From: Antedon mediterranea
Taxonomy: Eukaryota > Animalia > Echinodermata
Assembly (NCBI RefSeq): GCF_964355755.1
Contig: NC_092678.1
Coordinates: 5,906,422 to 5,970,421, forward strand
Length of the DNA: 64,000 nucleotides
Direction: 5' to 3'
Shown here: in pieces, positions 1 through 14,149 of the stretch
Layout: each line of letters begins with the position of its first letter
Numbering within the stretch: position 1 is the first letter of the stretch
Program-made: the position numbers and the translations under genes
Notes under the pieces: model-generated
The model's input: only the letters and a program-made list of their open reading frames with translations
Databases searched by the model: none
Told to the model about the DNA's origin: nothing

Positions 1-1330
1 TTTTTATTACTTCTGGATTCATGTTGTATGTACAAGTATATATGTAAAAGGCTAACATTGGTTTATCCATGTAAGTTGGCACGAAATAGACTGGCCTATT
101 TCATTAATTTTACAATACAACTACTTAAGAAATTGACATGTTCAACTGTACTATATTTTCTATGATGCCACAACAACTGGCTTGTTACTTATGAATGAAT
201 AAATTATATTTAATTCAATTATTCAAGTTACGAAATAATTCAATGTATGGAATTTCATGAATGTTAAATGATTTATAAGGCTACTACTAATCATTAGATA
301 TTAAAGAATAAATAACATCCATAAATAATCATAAAAGCATAATTCCAAAGGGAATAAATACATATTGTAGTATTTTAAAAGTTTTCTATTATAATTTTTT
401 GATAAAAGTATGTTTATTTTGTTTCACTTAATAAATAAAACATTTAAGTTAAATTGATTTAATTCTCTTCATTTCCACATCTGGCATTATCTGTTAGTGT
501 ACATGTTATACATGCATCACATTACATGTTTAGTTAATGTTATATACTGTAGGCTTTAAAACAGGTGTCACATGTGATACTAATGTGACATTGCATTGTA
601 CAATTTGGACAAATTAAAGAAACTTTACAAATAAAGTATAAGTTTACACAGTAAAAAATGCACGATAAAAATATGTATACTGTAGTTGTTACTATAAAGA
701 TGAAATTATCAGAGGAAATAAATGGTTAAAAATTTATGAGACATGCATGTTGCCATTATTATTTGATTACCTTAATTATGTCATAATTCTAAACGTCATG
801 TGACCTTGTGTAGATACAGTAGACTAATTTACATAATGTTCAATAAGATTATTACTGGATAATTGATGTTTTTTTGAGGTTTTATATAAATTTTTATCTA
901 CAGTAGACCCACCCTGAATTAAGGTAAACCTTTAGAATCCAACTAACTGTCCAAAAAATTGATTTTATACCATAAAAAATAAAATAAAAACACACTAAAT
1001 ACATATTGCGAGACATAATCAATTTGAAAAATCATGTCTTTTAAAATCACATTGAATATTAAACTTGCCAGAAGCATTGATCTATTTTGTCAAGCGCCTA
1101 CAGACGTAGACATCATTGATTTTAATAAAGGGTCGTAGGTCGCCAAGCTAGGCGTTATATTTATGTACTGAAAAAACACTGCAACTTTTTGTAGCATCAA
1201 ATTTATTGATTTTAATTCCACGCTGTATAATACTAATTATACAATATGTCAGAGGTGCTAGGCAAAGAATGGGTGGGGTCATATAGCTGAAAATACAAAA
1301 ACCAACGGGAGTTGGTAGACTATGAATGAT

Positions 1331-1615
1331 GCTTATCTGGATAAACCGACAATAGCCTAATCTTCTTTAAGAATGAATAATTGAAAAGTTAAATTCATTG
1401 AACATCCCTCTCAATAAATGGTACAGTCAAAGACCCATATACTCAAGCATCCTCACAAATCACCATTAACATTTCTTTTTTGAAATATGGAAGATATGTA
1501 TCTAAAGCTATTGTTTTAGACTATACTATTTATAGAGAGGGGTGTTCAAATAATTCTACAAGTTATATCAAACGCCTCAAGGAGAATAGGTTAGTATCGG
1601 TTTATCCAGGTAAAC
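1331..1615. mobile_element. Non-autonomous TIR element (MITE), unclassified family A (GCTTACCTGGATAAACCGAC terminus)
   Basis: Left end gcttatctggataaaccgacaatagcct is the inverted complement of right end aggttagtatcggtttatccaggtaaac. Imperfect inverted similarity continues about 100 bp inward. The same terminus recurs at about 60, 1970, 5535, 11095 and 15565. Confidence 0.6.
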
Positions 1616-4600
1616 TACTGTATATTAACATAATCTTTAATAATTTATTTGTTTGTGCAGTATTGTTCTGTATTTCTTAAATTATTCACAGTTTTCTAGT
1701 TTCAATACCAAATTGAAAACCAATTATGGCTTGAATCGCTTTCACAAACTGTAACGACCAAAGATTATCCTTCAATAAATAAATAATAATCTACTAGGCT
1801 TGTTAAAAATCTATAAGTTGAGATTACTAATGAGAATTCAAGGTAAAGTAGTTAATGGATTCTTAAAAGGAGATAGTTACAGACTTACAAATGATATACA
1901 AATAATGTCCAATACACAACGCCAATCTTGACTTATCTAGCGTCCTCTAGTGGTGGAAGATGCCTGTTTCGGTTTATCCATGTAAGCTATGCATGAAAAT
2001 TACGCTTGTATAAAGTATCGAAAAAGCAAGCTTTTAATGTTTACCAATCTCAGTTAAATTCTCAATATTATACAACCATTTCTGCAGAGAGAATAATAAC
2101 ATGCACGTTCCTGACTGACTACTGAAGCAGAGCTGGTTCACATCATATTAACTTTATAAACAGCTGACAAAATACTGATGGATACTTTGGCCCCAAATTC
2201 TAAATGACTGGATATATATTAGGAGAACTTAATGTTTTCATCACTTAAGAAACACAAACCAAGACGCCTTGGCTGAATCTCAACTGAATTGACGAGCAAC
2301 ATTGAACAGAATTTATAATGGAGAATGTCTGCGAAACAAGTTATTAAGTAACAGATAAATCTATTCCTATGTATACATTATATTTGATGCAGCATTTATG
2401 TAATTCATCTTTTCACTAAATTACAACTATTACACTATTCAGAAAAAACTACAGACAAATCAAAGTCCTTCGTTTACGTAGATGAAAAGCGAAGATAACT
2501 GCTCACATTTCACAATAAAAGAGTTCAATTTCAAACAAACTGACAATGTAATATATTGCTTGCGGCTGGAAATTGATGGTTGAAAGTTTAAATTACAAAA
2601 TAGTTAACAAATTTTAATTCAAAATTTACATTTATTTTTCTAAAGAGAAAAATGAAAACATTACGCCATGTAGTAGAGGAAATACATTGAATAGCATTTT
2701 TACCCGAGGCACCATCTCTCAGACATAAAGTTTAAGTTATCTATAACAAGACAACTATCTAGGCTCATGCTAGACATTGAGAATGTCGCCAACCGTGATT
2801 ATAACTTATTAAATGATTTAATGGCAAACAGATTTGTTCTTAAGCACGTATATGTTGAATAAAAAGTTACGTAAGAAATGTTGTAAGCTCTTTTCAAATT
2901 CAAACTTGCTATTTACTATTTAGGGATCAATTGACCACGACCAGGACGCTTCACGATCAATGAGGAATTTTCTTGAAGAGAGACCGGACACTGAGTATGC
3001 CAGCTAAAATTTCCTGCTATCATGGGCCTTCCTAGAAATATTCTTAAAATGTTATTGTTAAATGAATATCATCAGTAGACTCATCAGTTCTCCTTCTTTT
3101 TGTTCTGACATTTTTTGTGTCAGAATATTCTTCTTTTAACTATTCCACTCCATATCATTATTATATTAATATTTTATTAATACCATCTAGGGAGTGAAAG
3201 GTCAACCTTTATTGCTATATAACCTACAAATTAGATGAAATATTTCAGTTAACACTACTGTAAGATCCATATTCTAAATCAAGTTATCATATTTTCCATT
3301 ATCAGTGATATCTTCTTTTCACAAGGTTAAAATTTACATGAAATATCATGTAAAATCGATAGCAGGAAATATCTGAATGTACTGTACGATACATTCACTG
3401 CAATAAACAGCCCGTTTATCAACAAATCTTATGCTTACAGTAAGCTTATGCATATACACGATTTAAAAAAGTTTTAAAAATGTATGGATACTGAAGTAAC
3501 TGCAGTAAAATAAATTTGATCCATAAGCCAAACTAAAACAGAAATACTGTAAATATTTTTTGGAATGGATGTCATTCAAAGTATTAAAAAATGAAGGGTT
3601 TTATTAAACATTGGGGAAATATTCTCAAATATCTCAAAGCTCCATCAAAATTCAACATTTCATACATAAATTTATACAGTAGTGTCATATTTCTTGAACA
3701 TATTACATACATGTTGTGAATTTGATATTGGTTAAAAAAAAAAATATGTAGTAGAGAAAGGTCACATAGAGGTCACAAGCATCATTTCTGGAAATGAATT
3801 TATTTTCAGGTCACCGACGAGCATCATTTACAAATACGTTTGATGCGTCTAAACAAGCGTGATTAAATAAATGGGCTCGATTTAGTTAATGGTTCCTAAC
3901 AGGGCTAAACACAGTTAATTGAATCTAATTTTGTAAAAGTCGACTGGGCTAGCTCTGCCAAATTTCATTTCCTCAATAACTAATTACTGTATGGAAAAAC
4001 TAAACTCCTAAAAAAGTTGCTTGTTTCTTCTGCATAATGTCAAACAGCTTTATTTGAAAATATAAATATAAAACAAACTCTGAAAAAGCGAGACAAGCTA
4101 TTATTATCCAATATTTTAAACATTATTTGTTCAACTTCAGGAATATGTACCAACTATTTTCTTTTTATCTAAAATTATTACCAAGACTATTCTGTACCAA
4201 GCCATCACAAACTGTAAAGGTAGAAAATATTTTTCCGAGGATATTGTAAATCGTTGACAGCGTATCACATGGTACTGTAACTTAATAACTGCGGAGATTA
4301 GCATCCTGAGAAGATAGAGACAAGATGTTGGTTATTAGCTTGATTACGACAGCTCAATTGGACGCTCAAGAGTACAGTAGATTAGCAGACAACCACTTAC
4401 AGTCAAATTGTACTTTTATTGCATGTTTCTCCGCTCTGTATTTCAATACAATAAAACTCAATCATCATGTCTGCGTACCAAGCAGTGTCTATGACTGCCC
4501 ACTGGTTAAACCCAGGTGCACCTGAGCAGGGCCCACAGGAATATGAAGGCATTAAAATATGTCAAACCACGCATATGCTTACAGCACTGGTATCAAGGAT

Positions 4601-4961
4601 TTTTAAAGGGTTCTTTTTTTCCACAAAAGGAAAACAAAATCATTCACGAGTTAGGCTGTAATTAAGTCATCATTCATCATACCAAAACTAGGTGGGCTAA
4701 CTATCATTTAAGTATGAAAAGGCATACATACAGTACTCTGAACCAGTAAAACCATGTGCGTCATTTTAGAATTGAACAAATGCTGTACAAGAATAGCCTT
4801 TTATCTTCTCATTTTTGGGTCACTAACCATGAGTAAAATAAAAGAGTATACTGTACTATATAGCTAAAAACAGACAATACCTGATCTAAATTATTTACAC
4901 CATAAAATATCAAATCCATTATCATAAAAAAAAAGCTTAATTCCACAACAAACAATCTCAC

Positions 4962-5064
4962 CTTGGCTTATCAAATAAGCAGATACAATTTGCAATACCT
5001 CCTTCGAAGTAACACAACGGTCAGTTGAAAGTGACCATTGTCCAGATCACTTTAGATCCATTAC
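4962..5064 (-). other. Candidate non-coding or poison exon (103 bp)
   Basis: Minus strand: branch point CTAAC, then cctgtgcattgtacag acceptor, then the exon, then CAAG|gtgaga donor. Stop codons occur in all three frames. Confidence 0.3.
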
Positions 5065-5532
5065 CTGTACAATGCACAGGGTTAGTCTCTATTTGCAATG
5101 TCAACATCCCTGCCTTGTTAACGAATTTTGATGAGAAACGCGTTACCACGTTGCGGCTAATTCTTAGCAATACATCAATAATCGCAACGACTCTAATTGA
5201 ATTTCTCGTTGATTAATATCCTAACAGCATCGTCCACTAAAAATGTTGTAACCTCTCGTGAATTTCATAATCAAGACTGCTTCTTAAGTGTTTTTCTATA
5301 ATAATTTACCAATTTATTTTGATTACGAATGTGAATGTGCTAAGTTAATAAAAGCCGTATGTGATATTAACGTCATAAGTATGTAATTTTAACTTCATTT
5401 TGCCAATTTCGGTGAGCCGTACCTTTATTTATTAACAGCCTCCAGCCCAACTTGCAATGATGTTGCTTTGTTGGGTTAGCTAACATGTTTCTTTCGATGG
5501 TAAATCAACACATCCAATATATTACATTACGA

Positions 5533-5730
5533 GTGCTAGCTTACCTGGATAAACCAACAATAGCCCTTTCTCCTCAAAAATTGAGATATAACTCTAAAAG
5601 TATAAAATGTTATTGAATACCCCTCTCCACAAATGATATAGTCCATGAACTATGTCCTCAGGTGGGAGCCTCCCCATAAACTACTTTTCGAGTTATATCT
5701 CGCTCTTCGAGGAGAAAGGGCTATCAGTTT
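5533..5730. mobile_element. Family A MITE copy, right end truncated
   Basis: gtgctagcttacctggataaacc...atagccctttctcctc...gagatataact is mirrored by agttatatctcg...gaggagaaagggctat. Confidence 0.55.
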
Positions 5731-6175
5731 GCAAGTTACTATTCATCCAATTTAAGTGAAATTGTAATTAAAACTTAATACAAATTTACATAACTAATAT
5801 CATCATGTATAATTAGGGCTTCTTATAATTAGTTAATGCAAATATCCAAATAAGGTCACATGTTCAGATAATATCAGTTCGAAAATTACCATTCATCCAA
5901 TTTAAGTAAAATTGTCATTAAATATAAAATTTACATAACCAATAAAGACATCAAGCATAATTAGTTTATTCAAATATTCAAAGAAGGTCATAAGGTCAGA
6001 TATTAAATCAAAAGTTGTCATCTATCCAAATTTAAATTAAATTGTAATTAAATTTAAAATTTACATAACTAATAACTTTAAGACATCAAATATAATAAGG
6101 GCTCCTATTATGTAAATATTAAAAGGTTATAAGTTCAGATACAGTATCAGTTATAATTCTTATCGAAAGTTACTG
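5725..6175. repeat. Diverged tandem triplication, unit about 130-160 bp
   Basis: Motifs attcatccaatttaagt..aattgt.attaaa, aaatttacataac and aaggt.a.a.gttcagata each recur three times. Confidence 0.7.
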
Positions 6176-7777
6176 TATATCTCTATAAGTTCATTACAAT
6201 AACTTATTAAAAATTATTAAGCAAATTGATTTACTAGATAAATAAGAATTCAAATAAGAAATACACTACTCCTGTACATTTAATTATACAAAATGTGTAC
6301 ATATACTATTACTTAAATGTTATATTTAAATAAATAATTGTAAAAAATGACAAAAACTGTGAACTCTCATGATACGTCATCCAGTAATAACTTGCCTTGC
6401 CTTTGTTTGTTTATTAGTTTATAACACGCTAAGTGTAATAAAAGCAACCCATTACATATTGTGTAAATGACAGTAAAACGATTAAAAGCATACAAAATAT
6501 TCCATACACGTTTAACTGGTGTAAAGGCCTTTTAAAGGTATTTCTTTACTATTTATTAGTATTATCTGTACTTTACAATAGGTACAGTAACACAATATTT
6601 AACAAAATGTAGGACAGGGGTAACTTTCCTTCAGTAGTGAGTGTAAATACTATGTGATAAGTTATTTGACAAAACCAATTGTCAGTTAATACAAGGTCAT
6701 AGGTTAAACTTGACTTTATTCAATAAATCTATGAATGTACACAACATTTTGTCATACGTTTATGATTCTCTTTATAATAAGCAAACTTACTGCTTAAAGA
6801 ACATTGACTTACTCTGCAATGTGAGTATTAAAATACAAATAAAACACAATAAAAAGCCCATGTTGCTGCCGTGTATTTACTATACAGTACAACTAACTGG
6901 AATTTGCTGGATTCGGTGCCATATCCCTATATTTAATTATAGTTTGGGCCTTTCTGCTCAGTTAAAATAATAAAATAGCTACATTTTTTGTTTCTATACT
7001 ACAAAACACATACTACTCTGGCCAATCTAAACTGAATCCTCATTTAAACTTTATAACCAAAAGTGTATGTTAACAAATATACTGTAGGTACAGTATTTTT
7101 TTATCATAAATTCAACTTTATAATTACCTTTTACACAGAGTGCTAACTTTGATCTTATCATGCACCGTTTAACTTGATTCTGGTGCTAACGTGGGTTGAA
7201 TACCACTTACAAACCAGTAAAGCCTAATAAGTTGTTTGTTTATTTCGTTTTCCGACAACCAAAAGGGATTAGTTCTATTGATACTATCACAAGGCAGTTT
7301 CTTTCTTTCTTTCTTTCTTTGTTAGTTAGTAATTTGTTGGTCTTTCAGGTGTGACAGTACTGTAAGTTACTGATATGATCAGTAAAACGTCATTAGCTGC
7401 TTACCATACATCTAAAATCCTGTAAATTTTGGGCTAGCAAATATCATGTGGGCTAGGAAATGTAATTAACTAACCTGTAGCCCTAGTCGGCTAGTTATCA
7501 GTGTTTAACTGATATTTAGGACGACACTGTACTCTGTGAAACGAATGAGAGGGGCAATACAACCAACTCCTATTCAGGGGACACCCCTACTATTGGGTCC
7601 TACTGTAAAGGTGCCACTTTAATAAGACAGGGCCGAAATAATTAACTTTTACAGTAAACCGAATATCCTATACCTTTTGCATATTTGTACTTTTTAAATT
7701 TTAGGGCAGGGGACCCAAGCTAAATGAGTCTTCCACCAAAATTCCAATATGGGGTTAAATTACCCTGTATACAGTAA

Positions 7778-7957
7778 AGCGTGGTTCCCACTAGCGACGC
7801 AAGACATGGACGTAACGCAACGCAAGTGAATTGACCAATCACAAGCGATGGCTTATTCGCTTGTGATTGCTAACTGTCTATAACTTCGCTTGTCATTGGT
7901 TAAAACGCTTGCGTTGCGTTTAACGTCCTTGCTTTACGTTCTAGTGGGAACCAAGCT
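7778..7957. mobile_element. PIF/Harbinger-type MITE (180 bp, near-palindromic)
   Basis: TIR AGCGTGGTTCCCACTAG / CTAGTGGGAACCAAGCT (16/17 match) with TAA on both flanks. The interior is also inverted (acgcaacgcaag...cttgcgttgcgt). Degenerate relatives at about 10373, 19790, 50860, 55420 and 63750. Confidence 0.85.
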
Positions 7958-8666
7958 TAACTGAAATCATTACATTAATCATCAAGATCAAATATTCTTC
8001 TTGTAATCTGCCTGTTTTCTCAGATATGAAACAATCACAAATTTCCCATGTAATTATTGATTACATAATCAAGTACTGGCCCTTATTTACGATACACTGT
8101 ATGCATTTGATGCCTAAAGTCATTCGGCTTAAGGTCACGCAATAAAAACGTTCGATTAGATAATTACGTTTGCATTAAGTAGGCCAGTAAGAATGGTGGT
8201 AATAATGTACGACGACAAAATCTATAGAAAATTTAACCGAGTCTAATGGAGCATCACAAATGTGAGTGAAACTGCTAATACAAGGCTTTGTGATGGTAAT
8301 TGAATGATGTTTTATAAATAACGAAGCATAGAGGTAGCATGTGTTCGTTTACAAAATATTATTACAAAGAAATACATTGCTTGTGTGGCATTTCAGTGCG
8401 TGTACATTCCCCAGAATAGAATAATGTACCATATCAACCAAAACGTTAGGACATTCTCAACCATTCTTTTTTAAATCACATGGTCTACCTCAAACATAAC
8501 TAATTTCAGTGCCTGTATTTACAAGTATCAAATAAGTTCAAGTTATATTCACAATCAAGTTTACGATTTTTTCAATTTACAAATAAACTTTAGTACCATG
8601 GGGCACATGCAGTATTTGGAGGATTTTCAGAGATGGGGTGAGGGTATTGGGCATGTCAGGATATTA

Positions 8667-9219
8667 GGGGTTTGCAGTTGATTAAGGGGAGTTTGCAGTT
8701 GATTAAGGGGGGGGGGGGGGTTTGCAGTTGATTAAGGGGGGGGTTTGCAGTTGATTAAGGGGAGTTTGCAGTTGATTAAGGGGGGGTTTGCAGTTGATTA
8801 AGGGGGGGTTTGCAGTTGATTAAGGGGGGGTTTGCAGTTGATTAAGGGGGGGGGGGGGGTTTGCAGTTGATTAAGGGGGGGGGGGGGGTTTGCAGTTGAT
8901 TAAGGGGGGTTTGCAGTTGATTAAGGGGGTTTGCAGTTGATTAAGGGGGTTTGCAGTTGATTAAGGGGGTTTGCAGTCGATTAAGGGGGTTTGTAGTTGA
9001 TTAAGGGGTTTGCAGTTGATTAAGGGGGGTTTGCAGTTGATTAGGGGGGTTTGCAGTTGATTAAGGGGGGTTTGCAGTTGATTAAGGGGGTTTGCAGTTG
9101 ATTAAGGAGGGTTTGCAATTGATTAAGGGGGTTTGCAGTTGATTAAGGGGGTTTGCAGTTGATTAAGGGGGGTTTGCAGTTAATTAAGGGGGGTTTGCAG
9201 TTGATTAAGGGGGGTTTGC
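8667..9219. repeat. G-rich minisatellite (TTTGCAGTTGATTAA + G run), about 24 copies
   Basis: Directly visible tandem array with a nearly constant core and variable G-run length. Confidence 0.95.
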
Positions 9220-10372
9220 GGTAAAGAGGGATTTACCCGAACTATAAAACCGCCTGGCTACGGGCCTGCTACACAAAACAGAAGTGTACATCAGAGGACA
9301 GGTCATGGACAACACCACTGTCACAAAAAAGTGTTTTAAAGTTCTGTTTCTATTGTCGTCTATCTTCTATTTTGGTTTAATCCACTGGTATTATTATTAT
9401 ATTGTATAATTATTATATACTTATGATTTTTTAAATAACATTTTTTCAGGAAAAGAAAACTGCTACAGTAGACCATTGAACCCTACATTTCAATTTATTT
9501 TCAATTCTACTATTTATAAAAATGAAACAAAAAACCGATTTAGTCTGTTTGGCTATTCCGTATCATTAACAGGTGTTTGTCGGCATAACATCAAAGGAAT
9601 CATTGGTCTAATTTTAAAAGTTATCTCGGCAAAGATTTTCCAACAGAGATACAAGCGGAAACTATGATTTGTGTGTTTCGTACATTAACGCAACGAGGTA
9701 TAAAAATTAGAGTAAAAAGTCAACAGCACTTTTACGAGAAACAATATATTTAATTTACGGTGAAAAAGCTTTCATTCGGATTAGTGAATGGCAATGAAAG
9801 ATGGTTTGTTTAAATAGAAATTAATTAAACTAATGGGCCTAGCATGAATTAGGTATAATCATTGTATCATATCTTTATTTTAGTGTCTTTGTACAATTAG
9901 TTTTGGTCGATTACCCTAAAAATTCTGATCTACATGCCTTGTTCATAGCGACAGCACTGTCGCCTTTTTCCTGTTAATTTCGAAAGTAACATTCCCTCCA
10001 TTAAATTGAAATTAAATGATAGTCACAATAGTGTTTTATTTTAGCAAGCTTACAAATATGATTTGCTAAAAACTATTATGAGTGCTTACAGTACTTACTA
10101 ATGATTGGTACACAAACGGTTCATCTCTTTTTCAGGGATACAGTACCCCTATAAAGGCGGCCCATTCTCAGGATATGTATGAGGGGCAATATACTGTACT
10201 TTACCAGTATGGTCAACCTCTATTCAAAGGGCAACTCCTATTAAGTGAACAATTGCTTGTGAAATGGATGAGAAGGAAATAGGGACAGATTCCCACGAAA
10301 CAAAAAAAATTGTTATTTACCACTACTGTTGTACATCCCACTTAATAGGGTTGTACTAATACACCAATTGAA

Positions 10373-10480
10373 AGCTTGGTTCCCACTAGGATATAGCACG
10401 AGTCATTGGTCAATTACATACAAACGGTGACTCCTATTTCAAATTACTTGCCAAGATTGCATTGTAGTGTGAACCCAGCT
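10373..10480. mobile_element. Internally deleted copy of the 7778 Harbinger-type MITE
   Basis: Ends agcttggttcccactag ... tagtgtgaacccagct followed by tta. Confidence 0.55.
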
Positions 10481-11091
10481 TTAGAGAGTGAATTCAAATA
10501 AAGCATCAGAGTATATTAACCTTTTAAAATTAAGATTTCCAGGTTCAACTTTAGGACAAAGTGATCAACAAACAATTATTATTATCTGTCTTTAGAGTCT
10601 TAATTAGAAATTCATAATTTTAAATTGAATGGATAATTTAAATGGCAAACAGTTTAATTAAAGCTACTGTACTTAACTTCCCAACGATAATTAAAGCTAC
10701 TTAACTTCCTAATAATAATTAGTAATCATGACAACTCTATCCATTAGTATACAGTATTGAATATTGATGAGACATTAGGAAAATGAGAGTTACATCAATT
10801 ATTAATATAAGAACACATCAAATAAACATTACCACAAGATTGAACTAAACATTAATAGCAAATGTACAACAGGGCCCGTCTATTCTGAGGGCAAATACTG
10901 TTACCAATTAATATTCCATGAAAAAAACTGGCAGCAGAAACAGGACATTATAAACATTTTGAATAACCAGTTAAATGACATTCTCTGGTCAATAATAATA
11001 ATAACCATAAAAATACAGTATTTACAAAAAGTATCCACCACAATAAATGAAAAAAACTACACAAACCAGAAATGGTGTTGGTAGTCTATGA

Positions 11092-11225
11092 GTGCCGCTT
11101 ACCTGGATAAACCCGACATAAGCCCTTTTCCACGAAGTGCGAAACAATTACGAAAAAAAGAATTTAGCTCCCCTCCGTGATAAATGGGACAGTCCGCTAT
11201 AGCGCCCTCTAGTGGGACCACTCCC
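11092..11225. mobile_element. Family A MITE left half carrying a CTCF-consensus motif
   Basis: Terminus gtgccgcttacctggataaacccgac; agcgccctctagtgg at 11201-11215. Confidence 0.55.
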
Positions 11226-13144
11226 ACGTAGTACCATCATCAACAACAAACAAATAATCAATTTGATTTGATGGTTGAAATGCAATTTAATGTAATCGGT
11301 TATCGATATAAAACAAGTTAGTGAAATAAGGCTATATAAGTAACTAGCCGCAGATGCTGGGAACTGGGCTAATTTAGTAAGACTTTTTGGGACACCATTT
11401 TAGGATTTAGAGGACACCCCTATTAATAAGACACACTTTCTTGAGAGAAATACATATAACACTATGGTCAACCTGTATTCAAAGATAAAACCTCTATTAA
11501 GGAGACACCTTTGGGACAACAAAGAAGGATCTACTGGATTTCCAACTCTATAAATACAGTAAAAGTAAAGTTTAAACTGCATGTACAGTTGAAAAGACAA
11601 TTATCACAGAAAACATTACCAAATGACTCTTTCCATACTAATGTTAAACCTCAACTGCTGAGTAATATACTATAAATAAAATCTCACCAACAATTTAACA
11701 CATAACATGACTCAACGAATACTTCAATGAGTAGCCTGGACAATTCAATTGCTAATTTAAGCATGCGTCATGCTGTATAAAAAGAAGTTATATCTATTTC
11801 AGGAATTATATATATCCATAATGACCATCCTTATCAGGGCAAACCATAATTTAAGTCACAAAATGATAACCAATGCTGTCGTTCCCTGTTATACAGTGAG
11901 TCTTCCAATACTGAACACACAAACATTCTGATATTCTGAATTGTGTAAAGGGTAAAAACATTTTTTACCACAAAAAAATCTTTTGGGAGATTTTTAGAGT
12001 ACTATATTCATGAATTGTGGCACTAAACCCCGCCCTAAAGTGGGACAAGCCCTATTCAACCACACCTTTTCTTATCAAGACATAGCATGTAGCTGTATAA
12101 ACGATATATGATACGTCAAACAATACTGTGAGCTAGACAGGTATGAAACATAAAAAGAACATTGTCCTTTTTTACTACCATACTGGACTGTAACATTGAA
12201 ATAAATAATTCTTCTCCCGAGAATATAATTTCATTTCCATTATATTATCGCACCAACAGAAAAACTGACTAACCTACTTCATCAGATCCCTTTTTCGAAA
12301 TCTGACACAGTTTCTTATCGAGAAAATAATACAATAAATCTACATAAATTTGATTCATTGAAACTATACTGATTATTTTTGATACAAATATTTCTCCCAA
12401 GAATTTTTAAAATATTATTTATCATAAGAGTGTTTATATAGGTTATATAATGTTATATTTAAGGCACCATCAAAACAAATTTTTTTTATTCATAAATAAT
12501 TTTTATATTCAAGTTCTATAGGGATGTCTGTACAATATTGTAATAATAAATCTTATTAAATTTTAATATTATACAGTACCAACATTATTTACACTGTTTC
12601 ACATCTTTTAATTTTGAAAGTTTCACTACACACCAAAAGTGTACTGTATGTCGTATTTTGCATACTAAAATTCCCAAGGTTAATTGGCCGCCGTTTTCGC
12701 GTCGATAAATACACTGACAATTAAGCATATCATTATATATCTGATAAGTTGCGATTTTCGTCACTGTGTGCTCGTTCACGTGTGAAGCTTAATGTTGCTT
12801 CGTCCACATGTGACTTGAATGTAAGACTTGCGTATGACCATGACATTATGGCATCCTTCGTAACGTGCATTAAAATATATATTGCCATTCTTATTATGTT
12901 TACAGAATATCCTATTAAAATTGTCTGTGCATATTTTATATCATTTTTATGACAGGTTTAGTATAATTCAAATAATGATTACTTGTATTATGAATTATGA
13001 AAATAATAAATTCAATGCTGCATTTTCAATATATTTTCTGTGTCTATTAGAATGTTAATTTATTGCCACTAAGCGGACAAATCTTGACAGAATACTGTAA
13101 ATGAACTATGATGAGACGTTAAATAAGAATGAACAAAACATTCA

Positions 13145-13340
13145 CTAGATTTTTCCGGTATCATAGGGAAATACTTTAATACAGCATCACATGTGTTTCA
13201 CATTGTCTAGTATCCTAGACATTATCCTTAACCTAAGAATACAAGATACAGGCACCATGTGATACTGTATCATGGAATTTTCCTGACACTGAAGATATAT
13301 TGTCATACAGTATATGAAAATACACTGAGAATCAGTCACC
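13145..13340. mobile_element. Unclassified palindromic MITE family C (CCAGTATCATAGG...ATGATACTGG)
   Basis: Shares the ccagtatcatagg, catcacatgtg, catgtgatactgt and gagaatcag blocks with copies at 31425-31640 and 42620-42844. Confidence 0.5.
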
Positions 13341-13743
13341 TTCAAATTTGAACCACCTGTATGTTGTAACAATGTCAAGAACTACTTTTATCAACATACA
13401 CACAACTTATTACTATAATCTTTTATGTTTCAGTGTTTCAACCTATTAAATCAATCAATCAATTTATTACAAAGAAAATGTGTCCAAATAAGGAAATAAA
13501 CATAAAATGATTCATGGACTATAAAACTAACACATGAACCTATAAAATCAATAAAATTGAGTTGGTGTTTTTACTACAAAATACTTGCAATAAATGTCAA
13601 TAAATTGCTAATAAACTTCACAAAATTCTTCATTTAATGTTCATCAATATTCTTTCATTGACTCATAGGTTCTTTTTTTGGTGTACACACATTGGACAAT
13701 TGATTAAAATCATGTTTACATTATAATACCTAACCTCTATTAA

Positions 13744-14047
13744 CACGTTCACTGCCACGGCGTATTTATACGTCAAAAATTGCGTGTCGCTACTTGCCAA
13801 GACGTAATACTACGTCAAAATCGTAGCACTTTTGTATTGTATGTAGAATCGCTGGCAGTGGTGATTGGAACAGGAATTATCGCATGGCAGTTTATGAATG
13901 ATGTACGTAAACGATAATCTAAAAATATTTTGAATGACATCATGATAGTCTGTGACCAGATGTTACACTTTCAAACTGTAATTTAATATGTAAACGGGAC
14001 TTGGCACTGGGACAGAAATTACGGAAAATGCCTTGGCAGTCAATGTG
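13744..14047. mobile_element. piggyBac-type non-autonomous element (304 bp)
   Basis: TTAA on both flanks (13740-13743 and 14048-14051). TIR CACGTTCACTGCCACGGC / GCCTTGGCAGTCAATGTG. Removing it restores cctctattaaggggacaacc of the host repeat. Confidence 0.85.
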
Positions 14048-14149
14048 TTAAGGGGACAACCTAGGGACCCAACAAAATGTCCCCTTAATAGGGGTTAGCT
14101 GTTTAGTGTTAAAACATAGTTTTCTCTGGTTTATATAATATGGGTATCG

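Noticed and set aside
12740-12768. CACAGTG heptamer suggesting a Transib/RAG-like terminus or RSS (also at about 40748 and 17753)
   Set aside because: There is no nonamer at 12 or 23 spacing, no inverted partner and no transposase.
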